A DNA stretch of 64,000 nt from an uncultured Actinomycetota bacterium (GCA_963728945.1 CAVSMA010000002.1:674723-738722), one strand, 5' to 3'. Shown: positions 49,314-58,952, counted from the stretch's first letter. Notes: a model not told the origin generated them from the sequence alone. Made by a program: numbers and translations.

Positions 49314-50561
49314 CTAGCCCGAGCCGAGCGGGGCCGGGTCGAGCGAGCCGGTCGGGATCCGGTCCCGCAGCACCAGCAGCGTGGCCGCCACCGCGAGCGC
49401 GCCGGTGCAGACCAGGCTGACCGCAAGGATCGCGGCGGGGGAGTCGTGCGGCCCGACCGCGATGACCAGCGCCTCGACCGCGACCACCACCCAGAGCAGC
49501 CGGCCCGGCCGCGGGTCGCCGGCCGCGACGGCGGCGAGCAGAGCCAGCTGCACCAGCGCCCAGAGCGTGCCGAGGATCGCGAACGGCACCGCGAGGTTCA
49601 CCGCCTCGGCGTAGCCGGGGTCGTCGCCGGCGATCACCCGGACCACCGGCCCGGCCGCGACCGCGGCGACCAGGATCCCGGCCGCGCCCACCCCGCCGGC
49701 CGCGGCGGCCGAGCGCAGCAGCAGCCCGCGGCCGGAACCGTCGCGGGCCAGCCGCGGGAACACCAGCGCCGGCACGAACTGGGCGCCCCACAGGCAGGCC
49801 TTGCCGAACAGCGCGGCCAGAGCGTACGCGCCCGACTCCTCGCGGGACAGGAAGTGCCGGGCCAGCAGCAGGTCCACGTTGGACAGCACGATCACGCCGG
49901 CGATCGCCGAGCAGGCCCTGGCCAGGTCGGCGAGCAGGTCCCGGGTCCGGCCGGGCACGCTCCAGCTGTCCGGGCCGCACATCCACCACAACCCGGCCGC
50001 GGCGGCGAAGGTGCCGACCGCGAGCGCCGCCATCGCGCCGGCCACCGACAGCGCGAGCAGCGCGGTGACCACGCCGGCGGCGAACCGGGCCAGCGCGGTC
50101 AGCAGCTGCCCGGCGGCGAACGCGGTGTAGCGCTCGTGCCCGAGCAGGCCACCGAGCAACGCGCCCTGCACCGAGTACGGCAGCAGCATCACGCCGAGCC
50201 AGAGCGCCGGCCACGGGCTGCCGAGGTGGAAGAACGCGTCCGCGACCGGGGCCAGCACGATCACCAGCCCGCCGACCACGGCGCCGACCGTGATCGACAG
50301 CCGCAGCCCGGCCCGCTCGTTGGCGCCCGCGGGCAGCTCGGCCGCCGCGGTACGCCGGGCCAGCACGTAGGTCAGCGCGCCGGCCGGGATGCCGCCGATC
50401 AGGCCCACCCCGAGCAGCGCGCCGAGCGCGCCGTACTCCGCCGGCCCGAACGAGCGGGTCAGCAGCACGGTCAGGCCGTAGCCGAGGGCGTTCGACAGCA
50501 CCGACGCGACCCCCAGCAACACCCCCGCCCGGGCCAGCGACGTGCCACCGCGCTGCGCCAT
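49314..50561 (-). CDS. polysaccharide-biosynthesis/MOP-superfamily flippase (second copy)
   Basis: 415 aa, polytopic. N-terminus ARAGVLLGVASVLSNALGYGLTVLLTRSFGPAEYG is typical of Wzx-like exporters. Divergent from the AftD-like gene. Confidence 0.7.
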   Translation of the reverse strand: MAQRGGTSLARAGVLLGVASVLSNALGYGLTVLLTRSFGPAEYGALGALLGVGLIGGIPAGALTYVLARRTAAAELPAGANERAGLRLSITVGAVVGGLVIVLAPVADAFFHLGSPWPALWLGVMLLPYSVQGALLGGLLGHERYTAFAAGQLLTALARFAAGVVTALLALSVAGAMAALAVGTFAAAAGLWWMCGPDSWSVPGRTRDLLADLARACSAIAGVIVLSNVDLLLARHFLSREESGAYALAALFGKACLWGAQFVPALVFPRLARDGSGRGLLLRSAAAAGGVGAAGILVAAVAAGPVVRVIAGDDPGYAEAVNLAVPFAILGTLWALVQLALLAAVAAGDPRPGRLLWVVVAVEALVIAVGPHDSPAAILAVSLVCTGALAVAATLLVLRDRIPTGSLDPAPLGSG

Positions 50562-50594
50562 CGCACCTCCGCGCGCAGCATATCGGGGTACCTA

Positions 50595-50606
50595 CCTACC
50601 GGTAGG
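50595..50606. promoter_or_regulatory. perfect 12-bp palindrome in a 55-bp divergent promoter gap
   Basis: CCTACCGGTAGG sits within GGTACCTACCTACCGGTAGGGT, between the flippase start (50561, minus) and the likely AftD-like start (50617, plus). Confidence 0.3.
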
Positions 50607-50616
50607 GTCTGGGCGC

Positions 50617-53600
50617 GTGGAGGACGTGCGGCCGGTCTCGTGGTGGACGCCCACCCGGACCGCGGCCGTCGTCCTCTGGGTGGTGCTGGCCGAGGTGGTG
50701 CTGCTCAGCTCGTTCGGCTCGTTCGTGGTCGACACCAAGCCGGAGCTCTACCTGGCCCCGTGGCGCAGCGCCGCCGCATACCTGTCCGCCTGGCAGGCGA
50801 ATCCGCAGCTGGGCTTCCCGTCGTTCAACGTCGGCCTGGCGCCGGTCGCGGCCACGGTCGGGCTGATCCAGGCGGTCGGGATCCCGCCCGAGCTGTCGGT
50901 GCGGGTGCTGCGGCTGCTGCTGTTCGCGGTCGGCTCGCTCGGCGCCGCCCGGCTGTACCGGTCGCTGCGGCCGGGCTCGGACCCGCTCGGGCCGCTGGTC
51001 GCCGGCACCGTGTTCGTCGCCAACCCGTACGTGGTCGTGGCCGGGACGACGCAGGCGATCCTGCTGCCGTGGGCGCTGCTGCCCTGGCAGCTGCTCTGCC
51101 TCGTGCATGCGCTGCGGGTGCCGGCCGGCGCCGGCCGCTGGGCCAGGTGGCGGTGGCCGGCCGGGTTCGCGCTCGCGTTCGCCGCGACGTCCGGGATGAA
51201 CGCGGGCGTGGTGCCGCTGTTCCAGCTCGTCGCGGTTCCGGTCGTGGTCGCGGTGGTCCGGCCGGAGTCGTGGCGGCGCGCGCTGGCGGTGGTCGGCCGG
51301 TGCGCGGTGCTGGTGGTCGCCGTCTCGCTGTACTGGATCGTCCCGTCGGTGCTGGCCGTCGGCGCCGGCGCGACCGTGGTCGACAACTCGGAGACGCCAC
51401 AGGGCATCTCCGGCCCGTCGTCGGCCGCCGAGGTGCTGCGCGGGCTGGGCCTGTGGCCGCTGTACGGCTCGGGCGGGCGCGGCGTGTGGCTGCCGGAGTT
51501 CGCCGGCTACCTCACCTCGCCGGTCGTCGTGCTCGCCTCGTTCGCGCTGCCGGTGCTGGCCGTCGCCGGTGCGCTGCTGGTCCGCGGACCGCTGCGCCGG
51601 CTCGGGGTCGGCCTGCTGCTGGTGGCGGTGCCGATCATGGTCGGGCTGTTCCCGGTGGCGCATCCGGCGCCGTTCGGCCGCGCGCTGGACTGGGCGTTCG
51701 TGCACCTGCCGTTCGCGGCGGCGTTCCGGACCACGAACAAGGTCGGCGCGGTGCTGGTGCTCGGCGTGACGTTGCTGGTGACCGGCGGCGTGGTCGCGGC
51801 CTGGCGGCGCTGGCCCGGCCGCGGCCCGCGGGCAGCGGTGGCGGCGGCCGTCGCGCTGGTGCTGGCCGGCTCGACCCTGCCGGCCTGGACCGGCCACCTG
51901 TACGTCAGCTCGGTCGACCTGCCGCCGTACTGGAAGCAGGCAGCGGCCGAGCTCGACGCCGGGCCGCCGGACCAGCGGGTCTGGTTGGTGCCCGGCGAGG
52001 TGCAGGCGTCGTACCGGTGGAGCGAGGACCGCCCGGACGACCTGTCCACCTCGGTGCTCGACCGCCCGTCGGTGGTGCGCACGGTGATCCCGGTGACCTC
52101 GGCGCCGGCGGCGAACCTGCTCGCCGAGCTGGACGGCGCGCTGCAGGAGCAGCGGCTGCCGCCCGGCGCGCTGTCCACCGCGGCCCGCTACCTCGGGGTC
52201 GGCGACCTGCTGCTGCGCAACGACGTCGTCTGGGAGCTGACCGGCGGGGCGCGGCCGGCGCAGGTGCGGGCACAGCTGGACGCCGACCCCGGGCTGCGGC
52301 AGGACGGGGACTTCGGCGGGGCGGGCCAGAACACGATCTCGCCGACGGTGCCGCCCGAGTCGGCCGGCGAGGCGGCACTGCCACCCCTGCAGCGGTATGC
52401 CGTGGACGGCGCCCGCGCGGTCACCCGCACCGACGCCGCCGCGGCCACCGTGCTGGTCGACGGGGACGGCGGGGCGCTGGCACCGATGACCGCGGCCGGG
52501 CTGCTGCCGGGCTCGCCGACCTTCCGCTACCTCGCCGACCTGTCGCCGGCCGAGCTCGCCCGGCTGCTGCCGGAGACCGCGCGGATCGTGCTGACCGACA
52601 CCAACCGGCGGCGGACCACGGTGGCCGGCCGGCTGGCCAACGGCACCGGCCCGCTGCTGTCGGCGGCGGCCGACCCGGGCGGGACGCGCGCGCTCGGCCC
52701 GGTCGGCGACCAGACCACGCTGACCGTGACCGGCGGCGCGGCGACCGCGACCGAGTCGGGCTCGGCGTTCGGGCCGGTCGCGGCGGCCAGCCCGGAGAAC
52801 GCGGCCGACGGCGATCCCCGCACCGCCTGGCAGTTCGGCGACTTCGGCCGGGCGGTCGGGCAGTCGGTCACGCTGCGGTTCGCGGCCCGGGCGGTGCCCC
52901 GGGTCTCGGTCGCGGTCCGGCCCGGGGCGGTGGCGATCAGTCGTGTCCGGATCGAGGTCGGCGGGCAGCACGCGGACCTCGGGGTCGGGCCGTCCGGGGT
53001 GGCGACATATCGGCCGGCGGCTCCGGTGCGGGCCGACTCCGTGCGGGTGACGGTGCTGGCGACCAGCGGCGAGGGCTTCAGCCGGGTCGGCATCGACGAG
53101 GTCACCGTCCCCGGCGTGCGGCTGACCAGGGTGGCCACCCTTCCGTCCACTGTGGACAGTCTGGTCGCCGGGCTGCCGGCCGCGGCGCGGCAGCGGCTGG
53201 CCGGCACACCGGTGGACGTGCTGCTCAGCCGGGCCCGCGGCGCCACGTCCGCGGACGACGAGGAGACCGGGCTGGCCCGGGACTTCACCGTCCCGGTGCC
53301 GCGCACGGCGGTCGCCAGCGCGCTGATCCGGCCGTCCGCCCCGCTGCCCGAGGCCGACCTCGACCGGCTCGCCGGCTACACCGGGCCGGTGCGGGCGACC
53401 TCAACGTCGCGGGCGTTCGGGCTGCCGACCGTGCGGGCGTCGCAGGCGCTGGACGGGCGGCCCGACACGGCCTGGCTGCCGGCGGTGCCGGTGGTCGGGC
53501 AGTCGCTGCGGATCAGCGCGCCACCGCGCCGGGTCGACCACGTGGATCTCACCCAGGTCGGTCGCCGGCTCACCGACTGGGCAACCCGGGTGCGGGTCAC

Positions 53601-55194
53601 GCTCGACGGCACGGTCGTCGCCACGGCGCCGGCCGCCCGCGGCACGACCCGGATCTCGTTCCCGGCCCGGACCGCGTCGCGGCTGGAGCTGACGATCCTG
53701 GCCACCCACAGCGGCCGGCCGGACGCGTCGGTGCGGATCTCCGAGGTCGACTTCGGTGGCGCGCGGATCCGCGGCACCGGAGCGCGGCCGTGCGTGCCGG
53801 TGTCCACTGTGGACGGGCACGCGCTGCTGATGCGGCCGGTCGCCCCGATCACCACCGACGACGCCGTGCCGTGGCAGGGGTGCGGGTCGCTGTTCCTCGG
53901 GCCGGGTCCGCACCGGGTGCGGCCGGTCGCCGGCTGGCAGCCGGACCAGCTGGCGTTGCGGGACACGCTCGGGCTGGGGGAGCGGCGACCGCCGCCGGGA
54001 CCGCGGTACGCGGTGGCGCCAGGGCGGGCCGGGTCGGCAACGGTACGGGTGTCGTCGGCCAACGGCGCCTGGTATCTGATCAGCGGGCAGGCGTACGACC
54101 CGCGGTGGAGGGCGAGCGTCGACGGTCACGATCTCGGGCCACCGATCCTTGTCGACGGGTACGCGGCCGGGTGGCGCGTCGACCTGCCCGGCACGACGCA
54201 CGTCGCGACGATCCGCTACGGACCGCAGCGCGTCACCGACGCCGGGTTCGCCCTGTCCGGCGCCACCGTCCTCGGCTGCCTGGCCCTGCTCGTCCTGCGC
54301 GCCCCGCCCCGGCGGCGGTTCGGCGCGCTGGGCCGGCGGCCGGTCGGCGCCGTCGCGACCGGCCCGGCACCCGACCTGCCGACCTGGACCGGCGGCCACT
54401 GGACCGCGCCGCCCGGGCCGGACGCCGACTGGTCGCCCGCGCCGCACCGACCGCCGCCCGGCGCCGGGCCGACCGGCTCCGCCACAGCCGAGTCGACGCC
54501 CCAAACGGACCGGTCGCCCCGGACGCCCGCAGGCCCCGAACCGGTCGCGGGGACCAGCGGGGTCGTGCCGACCGGAACGCCGGGATCGGCCGCCGCGACC
54601 GGCGCCGGATCGGTGGGCGGCGCCGGATCGGCGGGCGACGACGCACCGGCAGCGAGCGACGACGCACCGGCGGTGGGCGGCGCGGCGGTGGGCGGCGCGG
54701 CGGTGGGCGGCGCGGCGGTGGGCGGCGCGGCGGTGGGCGGCGCGGCGGTGGGCGGCGCGGCGGTGGGCGGCGCGGCGGTGGGCGGCGCGGCGGTGGGCGG
54801 CGCGGCGGTGGGCGGCGCGGGACCGGTGGGCGGCCGTGTGATGGGGGCCGGGGCGAGCGGGTGGCCGCCAGGCCGCGGCTCCGCGCGGCGGGTGGCCGGC
54901 TGGGTCGCGGTGGCCGCGCTGGCGTGGGTGCTGGGCGGGGCGGGGCTCGGGCTGGCGGCGGTGCTGCTGGCCGGGTGGCATCTGCTGCGGCCGCCGCGGC
55001 CGCGGACCCTGATCGTGGCGGCGGCGGGGCTGCTGGCCGCGGTGCCGGTGGTGTGGCTGGCGCTGCGGCCGGACATCGGCGGGGGGCTGTCCGCGCACGT
55101 GGTCGCGGACGACCTCTGGCCCCACCGGTTGGCCGGGCTGGCCCTGCTGCTGCTCGCCGTCGGCGTCACCCGGGCTGAGCGGGGGCGCCGGTGA
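50617..55194 (+). CDS. AftD-like (DUF3367) GT-C glycosyltransferase with discoidin/F5-8-type-C-like carbohydrate-binding modules and C-terminal TM helices
   Basis: The ORF opens at 50542. GTG 50617 avoids overlap with the divergent gene. There is an N-terminal polytopic domain with DTKPELYLAP. Two modules carry DGDPRTAWQ and DGRPDTAWL motifs. (AAVGG)n and 3 terminal TM helices follow. About 1525 aa. Confidence 0.8.
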   Translation: MEDVRPVSWWTPTRTAAVVLWVVLAEVVLLSSFGSFVVDTKPELYLAPWRSAAAYLSAWQANPQLGFPSFNVGLAPVAATVGLIQAVGIPPELSVRVLRLLLFAVGSLGAARLYRSLRPGSDPLGPLVAGTVFVANPYVVVAGTTQAILLPWALLPWQLLCLVHALRVPAGAGRWARWRWPAGFALAFAATSGMNAGVVPLFQLVAVPVVVAVVRPESWRRALAVVGRCAVLVVAVSLYWIVPSVLAVGAGATVVDNSETPQGISGPSSAAEVLRGLGLWPLYGSGGRGVWLPEFAGYLTSPVVVLASFALPVLAVAGALLVRGPLRRLGVGLLLVAVPIMVGLFPVAHPAPFGRALDWAFVHLPFAAAFRTTNKVGAVLVLGVTLLVTGGVVAAWRRWPGRGPRAAVAAAVALVLAGSTLPAWTGHLYVSSVDLPPYWKQAAAELDAGPPDQRVWLVPGEVQASYRWSEDRPDDLSTSVLDRPSVVRTVIPVTSAPAANLLAELDGALQEQRLPPGALSTAARYLGVGDLLLRNDVVWELTGGARPAQVRAQLDADPGLRQDGDFGGAGQNTISPTVPPESAGEAALPPLQRYAVDGARAVTRTDAAAATVLVDGDGGALAPMTAAGLLPGSPTFRYLADLSPAELARLLPETARIVLTDTNRRRTTVAGRLANGTGPLLSAAADPGGTRALGPVGDQTTLTVTGGAATATESGSAFGPVAAASPENAADGDPRTAWQFGDFGRAVGQSVTLRFAARAVPRVSVAVRPGAVAISRVRIEVGGQHADLGVGPSGVATYRPAAPVRADSVRVTVLATSGEGFSRVGIDEVTVPGVRLTRVATLPSTVDSLVAGLPAAARQRLAGTPVDVLLSRARGATSADDEETGLARDFTVPVPRTAVASALIRPSAPLPEADLDRLAGYTGPVRATSTSRAFGLPTVRASQALDGRPDTAWLPAVPVVGQSLRISAPPRRVDHVDLTQVGRRLTDWATRVRVTLDGTVVATAPAARGTTRISFPARTASRLELTILATHSGRPDASVRISEVDFGGARIRGTGARPCVPVSTVDGHALLMRPVAPITTDDAVPWQGCGSLFLGPGPHRVRPVAGWQPDQLALRDTLGLGERRPPPGPRYAVAPGRAGSATVRVSSANGAWYLISGQAYDPRWRASVDGHDLGPPILVDGYAAGWRVDLPGTTHVATIRYGPQRVTDAGFALSGATVLGCLALLVLRAPPRRRFGALGRRPVGAVATGPAPDLPTWTGGHWTAPPGPDADWSPAPHRPPPGAGPTGSATAESTPQTDRSPRTPAGPEPVAGTSGVVPTGTPGSAAATGAGSVGGAGSAGDDAPAASDDAPAVGGAAVGGAAVGGAAVGGAAVGGAAVGGAAVGGAAVGGAAVGGAAVGGAGPVGGRVMGAGASGWPPGRGSARRVAGWVAVAALAWVLGGAGLGLAAVLLAGWHLLRPPRPRTLIVAAAGLLAAVPVVWLALRPDIGGGLSAHVVADDLWPHRLAGLALLLLAVGVTRAERGRR
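54667..54834 (+). repeat. perfect in-frame 15-bp tandem repeat (GCGGCGGTGGGCGGC = AAVGG): 9 perfect copies plus degenerate flanking copies
   Basis: Perfect units start at 54682 and recur every 15 nt to 54802. The flanking copies are CCGGCGGTGGGCGGC (54667) and GCGGGACCGGTGGGCGGC (54817). Confidence 0.95.
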
Positions 55195-55991
55195 CCGTCT
55201 CCGTCGTCGTGCCGACGCGCAACTCGATGCGCACCCTCGCGGCCTGCCTGCGTTCGATCCGGGCGCAGGACGTACCGGTCGAGCTGATCGTCGTCGACAA
55301 CGCCAGCACCGACGGCACCTACGAGCTGGCCCGCGAGCTGGCCGACATCGCGGTGCGCGGCGGCCCCGAGCGCAGCGCGCAGCGCAACGCGGGCGTCCGG
55401 CGCGCCACCGCCGGCTGGATCCTGTGGATCGACGCGGACATGGTGCTGCCGCCGACCACGGTCTCGGCCGCCCTGGCGACCGCGACGGACACGGGCGCCG
55501 ACGCGGTCGCCGTGCCCGAGGTCAGCGTCGGGACCGGCTACTGGACGGCCTGCCGGGCGCTGGAGCGGTCCTGCTACGTCGACGACCCGAGCCTGCACAA
55601 CCCGCGGCTGCTGCGCCGGGAGCTGCTGCTCGGCGCCGCCGCGTTCGACCCGGCGATGGCCGGGCCGGAGGACACCGACCTGCGGCTGCGGCTGCGGTCG
55701 GCCGGCACCCGGACCGCGCTCTGCCCGGACGTGCTGATCGTCCACGACGAGGGTCGCCTGACGCTGCGCTCGATCCTGGCCAAGCGCGTCTACTACGGCC
55801 GCAGCCTGCCGGCGTTCGCGGCGAAGAATCCCGGTGCGCTTGCCGGTCAGGGCGCCGGCACGCTCGCGGCCCTGCTCCGGCACCGCGGCCGCCTCGCCCG
55901 CGATCCGGCCCACACGGCCGGCCTGCTCGCCATGCGCGCCGCCGAGACCGTCGCCTACGCCGTCGGCTACCACCAGGGGCGCCGCCGATGA
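55191..55991 (+). CDS. family 2 glycosyltransferase
   Basis: GTG 55191 overlaps the upstream TGA. 266 aa. Motifs VVVPTRNS, LIVVDNASTDGT, WIDADMV (DxD). Confidence 0.88.
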   Translation: MTVSVVVPTRNSMRTLAACLRSIRAQDVPVELIVVDNASTDGTYELARELADIAVRGGPERSAQRNAGVRRATAGWILWIDADMVLPPTTVSAALATATDTGADAVAVPEVSVGTGYWTACRALERSCYVDDPSLHNPRLLRRELLLGAAAFDPAMAGPEDTDLRLRLRSAGTRTALCPDVLIVHDEGRLTLRSILAKRVYYGRSLPAFAAKNPGALAGQGAGTLAALLRHRGRLARDPAHTAGLLAMRAAETVAYAVGYHQGRRR

Positions 55992-57043
55992 CGCGGCGGC
56001 TGCTGTGGGTCTCGCTGGCCGACCAGCGCCCGGGTCGGGAGCAGCGCTGGCTGTCGCTGCTGCCCGGCACCCGGCTGACCGCGCTCGCCGCCCGGCGCCC
56101 GCTGCCACCGGCCGACTGGGTGCCGGCCACGTACCGGCGGCCGGTGCGGCGGTTCGTCGAGGCCGGCGCGCTGGCCTGGGTGCGCGAGCTGGATGCGCTG
56201 CCACCGGCGTACGACTGGGTCGGCTCGCTGGAGCTCTGCTCGCTGGTGACCGGGCAGGCCGCCGGGTACGCCCGCCGGCACCGGCTGCGCCAGGTCGTGC
56301 TCACCTGGGAGAACGATCCGCGCCAGCCGCTCTACGCGGTCCCGCCGTACCGGACCGCGCTGCATCGGTCGCTGGCGACGGCGGACCTGTTCCTCTGCCT
56401 GGTCGACGCGGCCGCCGACCACCTGCGGGTGCTCGGCGTCGAGGAGGACCGGATCCGGGTGGTCAAGCCCGGCGTCGACACCCAGGTGTTCCGGCCCGCG
56501 GCGGCGCCGGTCGCCGAGCCCGTGCTGGCGTTCGTCTCGCCGGTCGCGGCGAACAAGGGGATCGACCGGGTGCTGGCCGCCTTCGCGCTGGTCCGGGCGA
56601 AGATCCCGGAGGCGCGGCTGCTCGTGCTCGGCGACGGCCCGCTGGTGCCGGTGGTACGCGGGCCCGGGGTCGAGTACCTCGGCCGCGGCGACGCCGCCCG
56701 GGTCGCGGCCGTGCTCCGGTCGGCGGCGGTGTTCGTCACCGCGCCCCGCTCGACCTGGAAGTGGTCCGAGCAGTTCGGCCTGGCCTATCTCGAAGCGATG
56801 GCCTGCGGGCTGCCCGTCGTGACGACGGCCTGCGGCACCAACCACGAGATCGTCGTGCCGCCGAACGAGCGGGTCGTCGACGAGGCCGGAGCGCTGGCCG
56901 AAGCGCTGCTAGGGCTGCTCGCCGACCCGGCCCGGCGGGCGGCGGTCGGCGCGCACAACCGCCGGTACGTCGAGGCGCACCACCAGCTCGCCGCGCAGTG
57001 CGCGCGGATGGGTGCCGCACTGACCGAGTTCGAGCGCCGGTGA
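55988..57043 (+). CDS. family 4 (GT-B) glycosyltransferase
   Basis: ATG 55988 overlaps the upstream TGA. 351 aa. C-terminal EQFGLAYLEAMACGLPVVTT (E-x7-E). Confidence 0.8.
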   Translation: MTRRLLWVSLADQRPGREQRWLSLLPGTRLTALAARRPLPPADWVPATYRRPVRRFVEAGALAWVRELDALPPAYDWVGSLELCSLVTGQAAGYARRHRLRQVVLTWENDPRQPLYAVPPYRTALHRSLATADLFLCLVDAAADHLRVLGVEEDRIRVVKPGVDTQVFRPAAAPVAEPVLAFVSPVAANKGIDRVLAAFALVRAKIPEARLLVLGDGPLVPVVRGPGVEYLGRGDAARVAAVLRSAAVFVTAPRSTWKWSEQFGLAYLEAMACGLPVVTTACGTNHEIVVPPNERVVDEAGALAEALLGLLADPARRAAVGAHNRRYVEAHHQLAAQCARMGAALTEFERR

Positions 57044-58758
57044 GCCGCGACCCGCTCGGCGCGGCGACAAGTCGCGGCCGGCTCGGTGCGGCGGTGCGGC
57101 GCGGCCCGCTGGGCGCAGCCGTCGGGCTCGTCGCCGGCCTGCTCGTGCTGGCGCCGGTGCTCGGCCGCGGCGTCGTCCTCTCCTACGACATGGTGTTCGT
57201 GCCGGACCCGCCGATCACCGGGTCCGTCCTCGGCACGGACGGCTCGGTGCCGCGGGCGGTGCCGACCGAGCTGCTGGCCGACCTGCTGGCCCGGGTGCTG
57301 CCGGTGGTGGTGGTCCAGCAGGGACTGCTGGTGGCGGTGTTCGTGCTGGCCGGCGCCGGCGCGGCGCGGCTGGTGCCGGGGCTGCCCGCCGCCGCGGCGG
57401 CGGCGCTCGCCTACGCCTGGACCCCGTACATGGCCGAGCGGCTGCTGATCGGGCACTGGCCGTTCCTGCTGGGGTACGCGGTGCTGCCGTGGGTGGTCGG
57501 CGCCGCCCTCGCGGCCCGGCGTGGCGGGTCAGTGCGCCCGCTGCTGCTCTGGCTGGCCGCCGCGGCGACCGCCGGCTCGACGTCGGCGCTGATCGCCACC
57601 GCCACCGCGCTCTGCGTGGTCGGCCTCCGTCCGGCGGCCCGGTTCGCCGGGGTGCTCGGCTTCGCGGCGGCGGTGAACCTGCCGTGGATCGTGCCGGCGC
57701 TGGCGCGGCCGGGCGGGGTGCCGGCCGACCCGGCCGGCGTCGCCGCGTTCGCCGCCCGGTCCGACACGCCGCTCGGGCTGGCCGGCAGCCTGCTCACGCT
57801 CGGCGGGATCTGGAACCCGGCCACCGTCCCGTACGGCCGCGACTCCGCGCTGGCCACGGTGGCGCTGGTCGCCGTGCTGGCCGCGCTGGTGCTCGGGCTG
57901 CGACCGGTGCTGGCCGAGAGCCCGGGCCTGGTCGCCGCCGGTGCCGGCAGCCTGCTGCTGGCGGCGGCCGGCGCGGTGCCCGGCCTCGATGCCGTGCTTC
58001 GGGCGGTGGTGGTGCACGTGCCCGGCGGTGGCCTGCTCCGGGACGGGCAGAAGCTGCTGGCGCCGGTCGCGCTGGTGATCGCGCTCGCGGCCGGGCACGC
58101 GGTGGGCCGGCTGGCCAGGGCCCCGCGGACGGCGCCCTGGGCGGTGCTGCTCGCCGTCCTGCCGGTGCTGGCGCTGCCCGGCCTCGCCTGGGGTGTCGGC
58201 GGCCGGCTGGCCGCCGCGCACTACCCGGCCGACTGGCTGGGGCTGCGGGCGGCGGTCGGGCAGGCCCCGCCGGGAGAGGTGGCCGCGCTGCCCTGGGGCA
58301 CGTACCGGCGGCTGGACTGGGCGGGCGACCACGTCGTGCTCGACCCGCTGCCGCGGCTGCTGGACCGGCGCACGCTGGCCGACGACGCGCTGCCGCTGTC
58401 CCGCGTGACCGTGCGCGGTGAGGACCCGCGGGCGGCCCGGGTCAGCGCCGGGCTTGCCGCCGGCGAGCGGCTGCCGGACCTGTTGCGGTCGGCCGGGGTC
58501 CGGTACGCGGCGGTGCACCGCAGCCAGCCCGGCTCGGCCGCGACCGAGCGGGCGCTGGCCGGGCTGCCGGTGCTGTTCAGCAGCCGGGACCTGCTGCTGG
58601 TCGAGCTGCCCGGCCCGACCGGGCCCACCCCGGGGGACCGGCCGTGGGTGGCCGTGCTCGGCCTCGGCGGTGCCGTTCTCTGCCTGGGCGCGGTGATCGT
58701 CCGGAGAAGACCCGGACTGCTACGCTCTCGCACACCCGACGAGCGAACCGGAGCGTGA
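57040..58758 (+). CDS. uncharacterised polytopic membrane protein (possible GT-C-like glycosyltransferase or polymerase)
   Basis: GTG 57040 overlaps the upstream TGA. 572 aa. About 10 hydrophobic helices, then a ~170-aa soluble C-terminal region and a final TM helix. First-loop motif YDMVFVPDPP. Confidence 0.6.
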   Translation: MSRDPLGAATSRGRLGAAVRRGPLGAAVGLVAGLLVLAPVLGRGVVLSYDMVFVPDPPITGSVLGTDGSVPRAVPTELLADLLARVLPVVVVQQGLLVAVFVLAGAGAARLVPGLPAAAAAALAYAWTPYMAERLLIGHWPFLLGYAVLPWVVGAALAARRGGSVRPLLLWLAAAATAGSTSALIATATALCVVGLRPAARFAGVLGFAAAVNLPWIVPALARPGGVPADPAGVAAFAARSDTPLGLAGSLLTLGGIWNPATVPYGRDSALATVALVAVLAALVLGLRPVLAESPGLVAAGAGSLLLAAAGAVPGLDAVLRAVVVHVPGGGLLRDGQKLLAPVALVIALAAGHAVGRLARAPRTAPWAVLLAVLPVLALPGLAWGVGGRLAAAHYPADWLGLRAAVGQAPPGEVAALPWGTYRRLDWAGDHVVLDPLPRLLDRRTLADDALPLSRVTVRGEDPRAARVSAGLAAGERLPDLLRSAGVRYAAVHRSQPGSAATERALAGLPVLFSSRDLLLVELPGPTGPTPGDRPWVAVLGLGGAVLCLGAVIVRRRPGLLRSRTPDERTGA

Positions 58759-58946
58759 CGCAGGTGCTCAGCGACGATCGGCGGACCGGTGCCAGCGACC
58801 GGGGCCAGATCCTCATCTCGACCCTGGTGGCGGCCGTGGTCGGCGGGCTGCTGGCGCTCGGCGCCTCGCTCGTGCTGGTCTCCTCGGCCTCGAACACCAA
58901 CGCGCCGCCGGTGAACAAGCCGCTGATCACCTACGACCAGAAGTAG
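58755..58946 (+). CDS. small single-TM protein (63 aa)
   Basis: GTG 58755 overlaps the upstream TGA (GTGA). One TM helix, ILISTLVAAVVGGLLALGASLVLV. Good GC3. Confidence 0.5.
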   Translation: MTQVLSDDRRTGASDRGQILISTLVAAVVGGLLALGASLVLVSSASNTNAPPVNKPLITYDQK

Positions 58947-58952
58947 CGCCGG

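Noticed and set aside
48573-55178. 2201-aa plus-strand ORF spanning the methyltransferase, flippase 2 and AftD-like 1 regions.
   Set aside because: It is an alternative-frame artefact. It runs through a minus-strand gene and is an Arg/Gly/Ala/Pro repeat-like sequence without motifs. The frame-1 AftD-like gene and the minus-strand flippase explain the coding signal.
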